A DNA stretch of 64,000 nt from Basidiobolus meristosporus CBS 931.73 (lineage: Eukaryota; Fungi; Basidiobolomycota). The stretch covers positions 84,956 through 148,955 of the forward strand of contig MCFE01000162.1 in assembly GCA_002104905.1 (NCBI GenBank), written 5' to 3'. The position numbers and the translations under genes were made by a program. The notes under the pieces are model-generated. The model was not told where the DNA came from. It did no database searches and worked only from the letters and a program-made list of their open reading frames with translations. Positions 52,798-63,183 of this stretch are shown piece by piece (the stretch's first letter is position 1; each line of letters starts with the position of its first letter).

Positions 52798-53300
52798 TTA
52801 GAGACTCGAGATCACTTTGATAGCATTCACCGCAGTAGATTTGGCACTTGCAGGGTTAGCTCCAGTGACCACCCGGCCATCAGTCTGAGTAAAGTCGGCA
52901 AATGGAGTAGGGGGTGCCACATACTCTGCCCCGACCGCCTAAGTGGTGAACCCAGTAACCTTTTTGCCAGCAATTATGGACTTACCAGTGGTACTATCCG
53001 TGATACCTGGGGGAATGGCGGGTCCATGACATACAGCCGAAACCACACCCCCGCGCTTGGGGATCAACGCTGTAACGTTTTCCCTTCCGTAAGACACAAC
53101 GCATTGGCAAGCTTAATTCCTTCTTCACCATAGTAGCAAGTAACAGCTTCAGTTGCCATAATCCTCAGAAGAGGTTGAGGAGAGATCATACGGGGAGTAG
53201 TTTGTCAAGAGATCAGTATTTCCATACGTTTCTACCTCGAGGATTCAAAAACATCAGCTTGTTCGTGTAGAGCAGATATTGCAAGCAGATGGCATCGGGT
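52798..53300 (-). pseudogene. DJ-1/PfpI (Hsp31 / glyoxalase III-like) pseudogene
   Basis: Minus frame [17 protein letters not shown]…[51 protein letters not shown]; in-frame stop, apparent internal deletion and frameshifted 5' part. Confidence 0.82.
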
Positions 53301-53654
53301 TCAATCATATCGGTTAACTAATGAAGTTGAAATCAAGAAAAGAGCAACTCACCAACCTGTTTGTTGTACTTGCGCGCATCATGGCATAAAAAGCAAAATA
53401 TTTGTATCAATCATTGAATAAGCTCTACTTTCACTCTGGGTGAATATTAATACCTATGCATTTTAGTATTATGAGACGATTATATAACTTCTGCTTAGTG
53501 ATATTTCTAGGGACGGGACACCACAAGGATTTGCATGCTAATGAAGTGAATTTAGCCCACTTTACAGAATATAATTAATCCTGAATGTTTATTATACAAT
53601 CAAATATTCCAAATTTGCTCTTCACTATTTAACACTGGATTAGCTTCCCAAAAC

Positions 53655-56600
53655 TTAGTTGACATCCTCCAACATTTGCTTGCTCACAAGCATATGATAG
53701 AACCCACGCTTAGCTAGAAGTTCTGCATGGGTTCCCAGCTCAATCACCGTTCCGTTCTTGACCACCACAATGAGATCGGCATTCTGAACGGTTGAGAGTC
53801 TATGCGCTATAGTGATGGTCGTGCGACCTTCGGATGCGCTATCCAGGGCGGCTTGAACTACCTTCTCACTTTCCGAGTCCAAAGCTGAAGTGGCTTCGTC
53901 CAAAAGAAGTAAGGTTGGGTTACGGATGATCGCCCGAGCAATGGCTACGCGCTGCTTCTGTCCACCAGAGAGCTGGGCTCCCTTTTGGCCAACGTTGGTG
54001 TTGTATCCATTAGGAAGATTGATGATGAAGTCATGGATGTTGGCTGCCTTAGCTGCCTCTTCAATGCGGCACTGTAGCACATTGGAGATCTCCAATGACC
54101 CATCGTCTCTTGTTTGGAGGTTGTTGATGATGCCATACGCGATGTTCTCAGCAATACTGCACCCAAATAGGACCGGCTCCTGCCCGACAGTGGCCATATG
54201 AGAGCGGAGATCGTTGAGGTTCCAATCGCGCACATCGATGTCCTCAACATTAACGGAGTTGGGCTTATAGGCACTCGCATTGGAATTTTCCCTTTGGCGT
54301 ACTTGAGTGACGTCATAGAAACGTTGCACCAGGGAAACTATTGTGGATTTACCTGAACCAGAGGAGCCGACTAAAGCAACGTTCTTACCGACTAGTACAG
54401 ATAGATCGAAGCCTTGGAGAATAGGGACTTTGGGGCGAGTGGGATATGAGAAGTAGGCATCGTCTACATCTACCTTGCCGGAGAAGGAAGCTGGAGGAGT
54501 TATCTTGGAGTCGGGTAATGAATCAATTTTGGGTTGACGATCAAGTAGTCGGAATATATCGCTTGCGGCAACACGGGCCCTCGAGATATTCCCGGTAAGC
54601 GAGGAGACTTGACCAACGGTGACTGCCGAGAAGATGACCGCAAATAGGACTTGCATCACTTTGGAGGAGTCATACTCTCCGGATTTGATGAGATGTGCAC
54701 CGTACCAGAAGGCGAGTGCATAAACCAGATAGATAGAGCCATTGGAGAAGCCAGTTCCTAGCGACGATACTATAGCACCTCGGATAGCGGTTTTATGGGC
54801 CGGAGCATTACGCTCCTCAAACAAACGTTGGAAGGTTTCTTCACGTGCAAGAGAGGCCACAGTTCGCATATTCTGCACACTCTCCGATGCGATCTGCGCA
54901 GCTTGTTCGTAGGTTTTCTTGGTTTTTTCGCTAAATCCAGTTAAAGATTTCATCTGAAGTACTGTGGCAATGATGAGAACAGGAACGCACGCCAAGACGA
55001 CCAGAGTCAACTTCCATCCATTCACGAAAGCAATAATGATTCCCGTGAGAAGACCAACAACAGCCTGCACGAGGACCCCCGCCAGCTTGCCGGCCAATTC
55101 TTGCACCATGTGTGCCTCAGTGGATAGCTTCGAGGTAAGCGCACCGGTACCGTTTTCTTTTTCATCGAAATACGCTACTTCCTGGCGGAGATAAGCAACG
55201 AAACTAAGGCTCCTCAATCGGCGTGTTAAACGCTCACCAGCGATATCAAAAAATGCTGTCTTGGAAAATCCCGAAAAAAACGAGACTATTCCAAGAACAA
55301 CAAACATCAGAGACCAGAAGTTGGCATCCTTCTTCATTTTCGATAGATCCTGGTTCGCAAATGCCTCCATAATGTATCTAAAGACAATCGAGAAGATTGG
55401 CATGATTGCTCCATCGATTGCTGACCCAATGGTTCCTATGACCAGCAAATACCATTCGGGTTGATTTAACTTGAAAACCCGGCCAAACGAAAAGTTTGAA
55501 CCGCTCTCCTTGGACTCCTTGCTCTCTTCAGACACAGCTGTGTACTGCGAAAAACGACTGGCGAGCTTGGAAATTGGGTCGACTTGATTCTCTCCTAGTA
55601 TGTGGCCAACAGCATCTACTGAATCCGCGGTAACCTCCTGCTCTCTCTGGTCTTCGGACTTTCTGAGCTCTTGTGCTCTCACCAGACCAGCATAGACTCC
55701 TTCTTGTGCAATCAGCTCGCTATGGGTACCCGATTCCACCATTGTTCCCTGCTGCATGACAACAATTAGGTCGGCATTTTTGATGGTCGAAAGACGGTGT
55801 GCAATCACAATGGTGGTTCTGTCGCGGGCCGCCTTGTCCAATGCATCCTGGACAATTCCCTCTGATTCCGTGTCCAACGCACTGGTGGCCTCATCCAACA
55901 ACAGGATCCTGGGGTTCTTGATCAACGCACGTGCAATGGCAATTCTTTGCTTTTGGCCGCCAGAGAGGAGTGCACCCTTCTCACCGACAAGGGTGTCGTA
56001 CCTGTCGGGGAGAGCCGATATGAAGTCATGGGCGTTGGCTAATTTGCAGGCTTGTTCCACCTCTTCGCGGGTGGGAATATCATCGTCGTTCCTGCTTCCC
56101 CACACAATGTTTTCGTAAATACTAGTACCGAATAGGACCGGCTCTTGTCCCACAAGGCCTATGCTTCTGCGCAGGTCCTTGATGTTAAACTCCTTGAGGT
56201 CGATTCCATCGATGCTGACTGTTCCTTTGGTAGGGTCGTAGAAGCGCTCCAAGAGCTGTACGCAGGTACTCTTTCCACTACCGCTAGATCCAACTAGGGC
56301 AACCGTCTGGCCTGGCTTAACTTGCAGGTTGAAATTCTTAAGGATTGGGACATCCGGTCGACAAGGGTACGTGAAACTGACGTCTTGAAACTCTATATAT
56401 CCTTGAAGAGATTTTTCTGGATTTGAGTAGTCTATGCGTCTACCTTCGTCTGAAGAAGGATCAATCCTAGATTGGCGCTCGATGATCTCGTAGACTTTGG
56501 CAGCAGCGCCTTGGGCAGAACTAATAGAGCTCATGTAGGGGGAAGCTGTACCTAGAGACATTGCACCGAGCATGAGAGAGATGATAACATTCAAAACTTG

Positions 56601-57542
56601 CTCAGAGGTCATCGTGTTATCATAAATCAGCCGAGAGCCGTACCAAAAGCCAAGAGCGTAGGTGAAATAGACAACCATCATCATGAGACCTAAACCAAGT
56701 CCCTCGAATATACTCCGCTTTACTCCAGCTCTTTGTGCTACATCCAGGTTGGCATTGTAACGGAGGATTTCACGTCTCTGGCTTCCAAAAGCATAAACTG
56801 TTTTGATGGAAGAGAGAACTTCGTCAGCGACACCTCCTGCGCTTGCATATGCTCCTTGTCCACCTGATGTGTTTTGCGTTACGAAGCGTGTCATCAATGC
56901 ACCGACTGCTGCTAGCAGAGGGAGGGCGGAAAGTAGAACCAGCGCCATCTTCCATCCCTTCACAAACGCTAAGACAAAGCCACCAATGAAGGTAGTAATA
57001 TTCTGAATTACAAGGCCGACCTTCTGGGATATCCCTTCTTGAATTATCGTAACATCACCAGCAATACGACTGGTAAGGTCTCCACTGGATCTGAAATCAA
57101 ACCAACTAATTTCTTGGCGAAGAATTGCTGCGTAATAATATTGGCGCATGCGTAGACATTGTCGCTCTCCAGTAATTATCCATAGAGAGGTCTGACCATA
57201 GGAGAGGGTAAAAGTCACCGCACCAAGGATTATAAAATAGATGACATTCTGGTTAACTTTCGAGTTAAATTCTCCAATTAGCACTGTGTCGGTTGTCGGT
57301 TGAAAATTCACAATGTCGGCGAGTATTTTGGAGAAAATAACTGTCATTAGAGGTAGTGTCGCTCCGGAACCTACACTGCACAGGGAGGCTACCAATATGA
57401 GAAATCGATCGATACCCGAGGAATAGCGGAATAATTGCAAAACTCCTATTTTCGTCTCTGCCTCCTTCTCATCGTTTGCTGGCAGGGAATGTTCGGAGTG
57501 CAATTTAAAGAAGGAGGATCTCTTTTCTTTATCCTCTGTCAT
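53655..57542 (-). CDS. Full-size ABCB1/MDR1-type (P-glycoprotein) exporter
   Basis: TMD-NBD-TMD-NBD; GSSGSGKST twice, LSGGQKQR twice, LLLDEATSALD twice, IAHRLST twice; single open frame. Confidence 0.97.
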   Translation of the reverse strand: MTEDKEKRSSFFKLHSEHSLPANDEKEAETKIGVLQLFRYSSGIDRFLILVASLCSVGSGATLPLMTVIFSKILADIVNFQPTTDTVLIGEFNSKVNQNVIYFIILGAVTFTLSYGQTSLWIITGERQCLRMRQYYYAAILRQEISWFDFRSSGDLTSRIAGDVTIIQEGISQKVGLVIQNITTFIGGFVLAFVKGWKMALVLLSALPLLAAVGALMTRFVTQNTSGGQGAYASAGGVADEVLSSIKTVYAFGSQRREILRYNANLDVAQRAGVKRSIFEGLGLGLMMMVVYFTYALGFWYGSRLIYDNTMTSEQVLNVIISLMLGAMSLGTASPYMSSISSAQGAAAKVYEIIERQSRIDPSSDEGRRIDYSNPEKSLQGYIEFQDVSFTYPCRPDVPILKNFNLQVKPGQTVALVGSSGSGKSTCVQLLERFYDPTKGTVSIDGIDLKEFNIKDLRRSIGLVGQEPVLFGTSIYENIVWGSRNDDDIPTREEVEQACKLANAHDFISALPDRYDTLVGEKGALLSGGQKQRIAIARALIKNPRILLLDEATSALDTESEGIVQDALDKAARDRTTIVIAHRLSTIKNADLIVVMQQGTMVESGTHSELIAQEGVYAGLVRAQELRKSEDQREQEVTADSVDAVGHILGENQVDPISKLASRFSQYTAVSEESKESKESGSNFSFGRVFKLNQPEWYLLVIGTIGSAIDGAIMPIFSIVFRYIMEAFANQDLSKMKKDANFWSLMFVVLGIVSFFSGFSKTAFFDIAGERLTRRLRSLSFVAYLRQEVAYFDEKENGTGALTSKLSTEAHMVQELAGKLAGVLVQAVVGLLTGIIIAFVNGWKLTLVVLACVPVLIIATVLQMKSLTGFSEKTKKTYEQAAQIASESVQNMRTVASLAREETFQRLFEERNAPAHKTAIRGAIVSSLGTGFSNGSIYLVYALAFWYGAHLIKSGEYDSSKVMQVLFAVIFSAVTVGQVSSLTGNISRARVAASDIFRLLDRQPKIDSLPDSKITPPASFSGKVDVDDAYFSYPTRPKVPILQGFDLSVLVGKNVALVGSSGSGKSTIVSLVQRFYDVTQVRQRENSNASAYKPNSVNVEDIDVRDWNLNDLRSHMATVGQEPVLFGCSIAENIAYGIINNLQTRDDGSLEISNVLQCRIEEAAKAANIHDFIINLPNGYNTNVGQKGAQLSGGQKQRVAIARAIIRNPTLLLLDEATSALDSESEKVVQAALDSASEGRTTITIAHRLSTVQNADLIVVVKNGTVIELGTHAELLAKRGFYHMLVSKQMLEDVN

Positions 57543-58511
57543 TGTGTAAATTGATAAGGTTCCGAGCCTTGGTTGGACGTTATTTAAATGCACGGTCCTT
57601 CACGAATTATCAGCATTATTCGAACTCGCTTAACACCCCGGAAAAACGGCGATCTGGAAATACGGAACCTAGCGAGATTACCCGATGTGGATAAATTGTC
57701 AAGATCTAGATACAACCCGGATTTAGCGTGGGGGATGCTAACAAATGGATGTCCCGATATTTCTCATGATTAACTCGCCAGGTGGAAACAAGCGAATTTT
57801 TCTTAAGAAACCAACTCATATTTGATAAGTCCATAAACAAAAGAAGTAGTATCAGGGGATAGTAAGATTATTTTCAACTATCAAATCATAATAAGAATAT
57901 TTCCACTTTCCCTTACATGATATTAGCATTTGGTCACAAGCACATGAAGCAAGCATTTCATTAACAAAGTGTTTTTTGCTATATATGGATAATCAGGGGC
58001 TAATTGAAAATCATTGCAACATCCGCAATTACTCTGTCATGATTTACTTCCAAGTTTGCCTACCAGAAGGAAAATCACTAGTAGGTCAAATCATTGTATA
58101 AACCAAGTCAACTGGGAGATGTTGAAGATCTGCATATTAAATTAAGATGCCTGTTTCTAGCAAAGGCTGTTACTTAGAGAACATAAAATATAGTGGCTAA
58201 GGGAAGTAATAAATCTTAGATAATGCTTGTCAATATAATGCATTTGACAGCAAAACCAAGGATTAGGGGATCAAAAAAAGGCATATGCACTTGTAAATAA
58301 CAATGCCATAATGAAAGGCAATGCGCAGCAGGTGTTGTAAGAGTTTTTGAGATATTGGAAGTGATTGGGAAAACAAGTGGATCATGTGGTTTCTCTCAAT
58401 GATAAACTGAATGTAAAGTTGCATATAAACATTTACAAGGTCTTGGCAAAGCAAATACAGAGAATAGGCTGAGAAAGCCCCCAAAAGCATGTGTATGAAG
58501 TTTATATCTGT

Positions 58512-60697
58512 TTAGGGATGTGGTACAGTCACCAACAGGTAAAATCTTTATTCCAGTTGAAACAAAGAAGCCAGCGCTACTGCTGTAGCATTGACACAAG
58601 AGTGTACAGTTGAGGGGAATTTATAGGTAAGTCAACAAGGAGAGATGATAGGTCTTCAGTGCTCAAGACACTGCTTAGTGGCAAGGGGGGTAGCAAGAGG
58701 GGTAGCAATGCTTTGTGAACAATGTTGATAAGGGGAATATGATAAGGATTGATGTTCATCATAAAGGGAGTGTGTGGTTTCAATTTACTGCTACTAAAGG
58801 TCTTTCAAGTACTTCAGGAAGACCAGCTATGGTTTTTCTGACTGCAGAATATAATGAGCAAACTTCTTGACATTTGGATCTCCAAGTATAGTTCTCCAGC
58901 AGGAGCCAGGTGTAGGGTGGTGTGCTCTCCTCCAGGCCTTGATCAGTGGGTTGTTGCAGTGGTGAAGTCTAAGATATAATTTGGTTCTAAGGTAGAGAAG
59001 TCTGATTGTATTGGGCATAAACCCAAAAGCACCAAGACTAGCATGTCTGTAAGGGCATTCAGGCGGATGAGGCACCAAGGAGGTAATGTACCAAACTGCA
59101 AACTTGTCAAGCTTAGTGCAGTCTCTAGAAGTATGAGAGAGAAGTGGGAAGCCAAATCCCAGGACAGGGAAGACAAACTGCCTGAGTAGAAGGAGACAGC
59201 TTGGAGCTGAAGTTGTAGGAGGAGTAACAGCCAGTAGCTTGTGGAGTGCCTGTCTTGCCAGAATGATTCTCTTCTTCAGGTGAGCCCCAGAGTCCAGTCC
59301 AGTAGGAAGGAAAGGAAAGCTAAGACATATAGCAGAGACCTGATCAGGCAGAGTGCAGCTCTCTAAGTTGATAGGACAACCCAAAGGTACTGTCTTTGCA
59401 ATGGAAAGCTGGAGTTTACCCTTCTGCAGATACTGGTGGATAGTCTGGGAGTCTTGCTGCAAATTGAAGGAGGATGTTCTGATGTCATTAGCAAATAAAG
59501 AAACCAGGCAGTCAGCTGAGAGTCATGAGAAGTCATTCAGGAAGATGCCAAACAGTATAGGACCAAGTGCAGAGCCTTGAACTACTCCATTGGGGACTGA
59601 GAACACAGCTGATTGCGCACTTGGGTGCAGAATTCTTGCCTGTGGATCCAGAAACAGAGACCTAGCCAGCAGGGTGAGAGATGTACTGGAGAAGCATTGC
59701 AGCTTGGACCATAGCAAATTTCTGTCAGCTGAATCAAAGGCCTTATTAATATCAAACAGAACAGAGGGATACCTGCACTGGAGAGAGTGATCTTGACCTA
59801 GAATGACTGCATATTCCAAGGAGAGGCTGGGAACAATGCCAAATTGTGCTGGGTGCAACTTGAGGGTGTCAGAGTAGTGCTTCTGAGCAGTCAGAAGCTC
59901 AAACACCCCTTTGCAGGTGGGCAGCAGAGATATTGGCCTGCAGGAGCTGGGATCCAGGTGCTTTCCTTTACCGTTGTACAGTAGCAGAGCATTGGCAAAG
60001 GTCCATTTCTCTGGAGTAGAAAGCTCAGCTGAGCATTGCTGAAACAGTGGAAGCAGAAGAGCGGACATGGCCTTAGTACTAGTCTTCAGAAGCTCATAGG
60101 AGATTATATCCATACCTGGGACAGTAGAGTTGGGAAGCCTCTTGAGCACATTCTGGATTCACTTTTGATCAAGTGCAAGTGGGGTTGGCAGAGTCTTGAA
60201 ATCAGGATAAAAGCCAGGAGTTGAGTACTGCTTTGTAGAGAAGGAGATGTTAGCCAGCTGTTCTGTTGATGGTAACTTCCTGGAAGAGGGTCTCACTGCC
60301 CTGTAGAGTCTTGACACTGTTCTTGTTATAGAGTTGGAAGATTGCAGAGGTAAAGTGCTCATAATATGGTCCCAGAGCTGAGTGTATAGATTGTGGTGAA
60401 TTGCCCTGTAGTGGTGTATGGCTGTCAGGAGGAGCTTCTCTATTTTTGGGCTAGGAAAGCTCATGTAGCTTTGTTGCAGGGCAGAAACCATGGATTCCCA
60501 TTTTCTGGATGTTACAGCAGTAGTCTTGCATGGTGGTGAGAGGGAGGCAGAGACCAGGATCAGATGCTTCACAACAAACCATGCATAGTTGAGATCATCT
60601 GGTAGAGAAAGCAGCAAACTGGCAAGCTTCAAGTAGTTCCCAAAGTCCTTCTTCTGATTCTTGGTAGCTTTGTGGCTGAGCACAGTAAGGGTTAGGG
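58512..60697 (-). mobile_element. Telomere-associated non-LTR RT element, copy A (longest)
   Basis: PGMDIISYELLK, RPISLL, FDINKAFDSADR, GVVQGSALGPILF, FANDI, thumb region; internal TGA; TTAGGG at 58512 and GGGTTAGGG at 60689. Confidence 0.9.
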
Positions 60698-60906
60698 TGT
60701 AGGTGTTATAGTAAGGGCTAGGAAAAGGTTAGAAGAGCAGGGGGTCTGGGGGATGCAGTCCCCTAGAGATTAAAAAAGCAGGGGGTTTGGGGGATGCAAT
60801 CCCCCATACTGCTCCCATACTCTTTAAATTCCTGTTGGATTACTTTTCTCTCATTCTTGGTTCTGGTCCCTTAGGGTTAGAATTCCTCCTCCTAACCCTT
60901 ATCACC

Positions 60907-62844
60907 TTAGGGGGGGGGGAAACCACCGGTTGGTGTAATCTTTATTGTCAATCATTGTAAAAATAAAGAAGTCAGAGATGGATTCTGGAGTCTTGTAACA
61001 TATTTGTACAGACACTTTGGGTTAATATGTAGATAGGTTGCTATTTCTTGTAGTTCCTATGCATTGAATGGAGTGTTGAGAGGGAGTGGCAGTAGCACTA
61101 GCAATAATAACTTATGATCTATGTATTGTGATGTGCTTTTGCCAATTGGTGATATAAAGCAAAGAAATGGGGTTTGCTGAGTTACATACTCTTGCCATAG
61201 TTGATTAAGATACTTGCTATATGCTTCTTTGGGGTTTTTACTCCCCTCTATTGCTTTGGCATATTGCTGGACTTTTGGGCACCCAATGATAATTGCCCAA
61301 CAGGAGTTATTTTGAAGCATCTTGCGAGAAATCCATGCATGTATCAACTCATTTGTTGATTTTTGGAGTTGAATACGTAGTCTTGTACAGAGGTACAAAA
61401 TTCTGATTGAATACGGGAGTAGTCCAGAAGTTGCCAGGACTGCGTAGTGATACTGTGTTGGTGGGGGCCATGGTAATAAAGTATAAATGCTGTGAGAAAC
61501 AAACTTATCCAGTTTTGTCAGGTATCTTGTTGGAATAGGCATTATTGCCAATCTAAACTCCAGTACTGGGAGCACAAACTGCTTGAGTAACAAGTGACAT
61601 TGGCTCAAAGGTATATCTGGTGGTGTAACAGAGACTAACTTGTGTAAAGCATGCCGTGCAAGTGCTATTTGCCTCCACACATGTGCTTTTACATCCAGAC
61701 CAGATGCAGTAAATGGAAGCCCTAGATAGCTGACAGTTTCTGCTGGGTGTAGAGTTTGAGAGTTCAGCATGATACTGCATCCAACTGGCTTGGTTTTTGC
61801 CATTGAGAGACTAAGATTGTTTTGTGTAAGGTAGCTGACAGTCAGGCTAGAGTCTTTTTCCAAATTACTGGAAGAGATACAAATATCATCTGCCTATAAA
61901 GTTGTAAGTGCAGAAGCTTCCAAGGCAGGAAAGTCGTTCATAAAGATGGCAAATAGTAGAGGGCCTAGTACGGATCCCTGCACTACCCCATTTGGAACAT
62001 CATAAGTGGTAGATTGCATATTTGGATGCAAAATGTAGGCCTTTGAGTCCTGATATAAAGCCATGATAAGAGCTGTAATTGAAGGTCCAGCAAAAGCTTC
62101 AAGTTTTCTCCCAAGTAGGTTACGGTCAACTGCATCAAATGCATGGGTAATATCTAAGAGTACTGCTGGATACTTGTTACAGAGTGTGTGGTCATGGCTT
62201 AGCATGACAGCCATTTCTAGCAAGACTTTAGGTATAAAGCCAAACTGATTTGCTACAAACAAGCCACTAGATGAGAGTTGCAAAGCAATCAACAGTTCCA
62301 ATACCTTTCTGCAAGCTGGTAAGAGGGAAACAGGGTGATAGGATTCTGCCAGTTTGGCTGAGCCTCTACCTTTGTATAGAGGAATCACCTTTGCAACCAG
62401 CCATTCTGATGGCATTTGCACATGTGAAATACACTGCAAATAGAATGGGAGCAATATATGTGCCATGGCAGCAGGTGCCAGCTTCAAGATTTCATATATT
62501 ATATTGTCATGACCTGGTGCGGTATTGTTGGGTAGCTTACAAAGAGTTGCCTCTAAAGTAGCTGCATCCAGGTTAATGCGTGAGAGCAATCTCTTGAAGT
62601 AGCTGTATAGGGCTTGGAGCTGTATATGTCTTGCACAAAGAAAGCAGCAGCTAAAAGATTGGGACTTGGTAGGTCTTTTGAAGCTGGCTGTAGAGCTCAA
62701 TATATTCTTGATATGCTTCTAGTGGTGTCTGCAGCAGTCTTCAGTGGTAGAGAGTGCATTATATGATTCCAGTAGGATGTGTGTGTTTGAAGATTTTGAA
62801 GTTTCACATATTCAACTGCATCATCCAATAGCTGCTTCTGTGAG
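60907..62844 (-). mobile_element. Telomere-associated non-LTR RT element, copy B (5'-truncated, diverged family)
   Basis: APGHDNIIYEILK, HPVSLL, LDITHAFDAVDR, GVVQGSVLGPLLFAIFMNDF, *ADDI, VSYLGLPF. Confidence 0.9.
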
Positions 62845-63183
62845 GGGTTAGGGAATTGGCGATAGCTCTGGGACAGTGCATTTAGGGGTTAGGGGGGGGG
62901 AGGGGGGGAGACAGTCACCAACAGGTGAAATCTTTATTTCAGTTGAAACAAAGAAGCCAGCGCTACTGTTGTAGCTTTGATACAAGAGTGTGTAGCTGAG
63001 GGGAATTTGTAGGTAAGTTAATAAGAAGTGATGATAGTTCATCAGTGCTCAAGACACTGTTCAGTGGGAAGGGGGGTAGCAAGAGAGGTAAGAATGACTT
63101 GTGAACAACATTAATGAGGGGAATGTGATAAGGATTGATATTCATCATAAAGGGAGTGTGCTGCTGCAGATATTGCTGCCAAA
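62845..63183 (-). mobile_element. Telomere-associated element, copy C (3' fragment of the copy A family)
   Basis: Highly similar to 58525-58790; begins with GGGTTAGGG. Confidence 0.88.

Noticed and set aside
12025-57006. Numerous antisense or overlapping ORFs in the supplied track (e.g. 22857-23315, 23364-23987, 41002-41430, 53890-54201)
   Set aside because: They are shadows of real genes on the opposite strand or another frame, with no independent motifs.
57600-57790. CGG/CCGG motifs upstream of the MDR gene as PDRE-like drug-response elements
   Set aside because: No exact TCCGCGGA-type site; the density is compatible with chance in a CpG-normal promoter.
58263-58500. A fifth retroelement fragment proximal to copy A
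   Set aside because: Only vague similarity (LGAF) and a TTAGGGG at ~58263; the 3' hairpin/AATAAA signature is absent.
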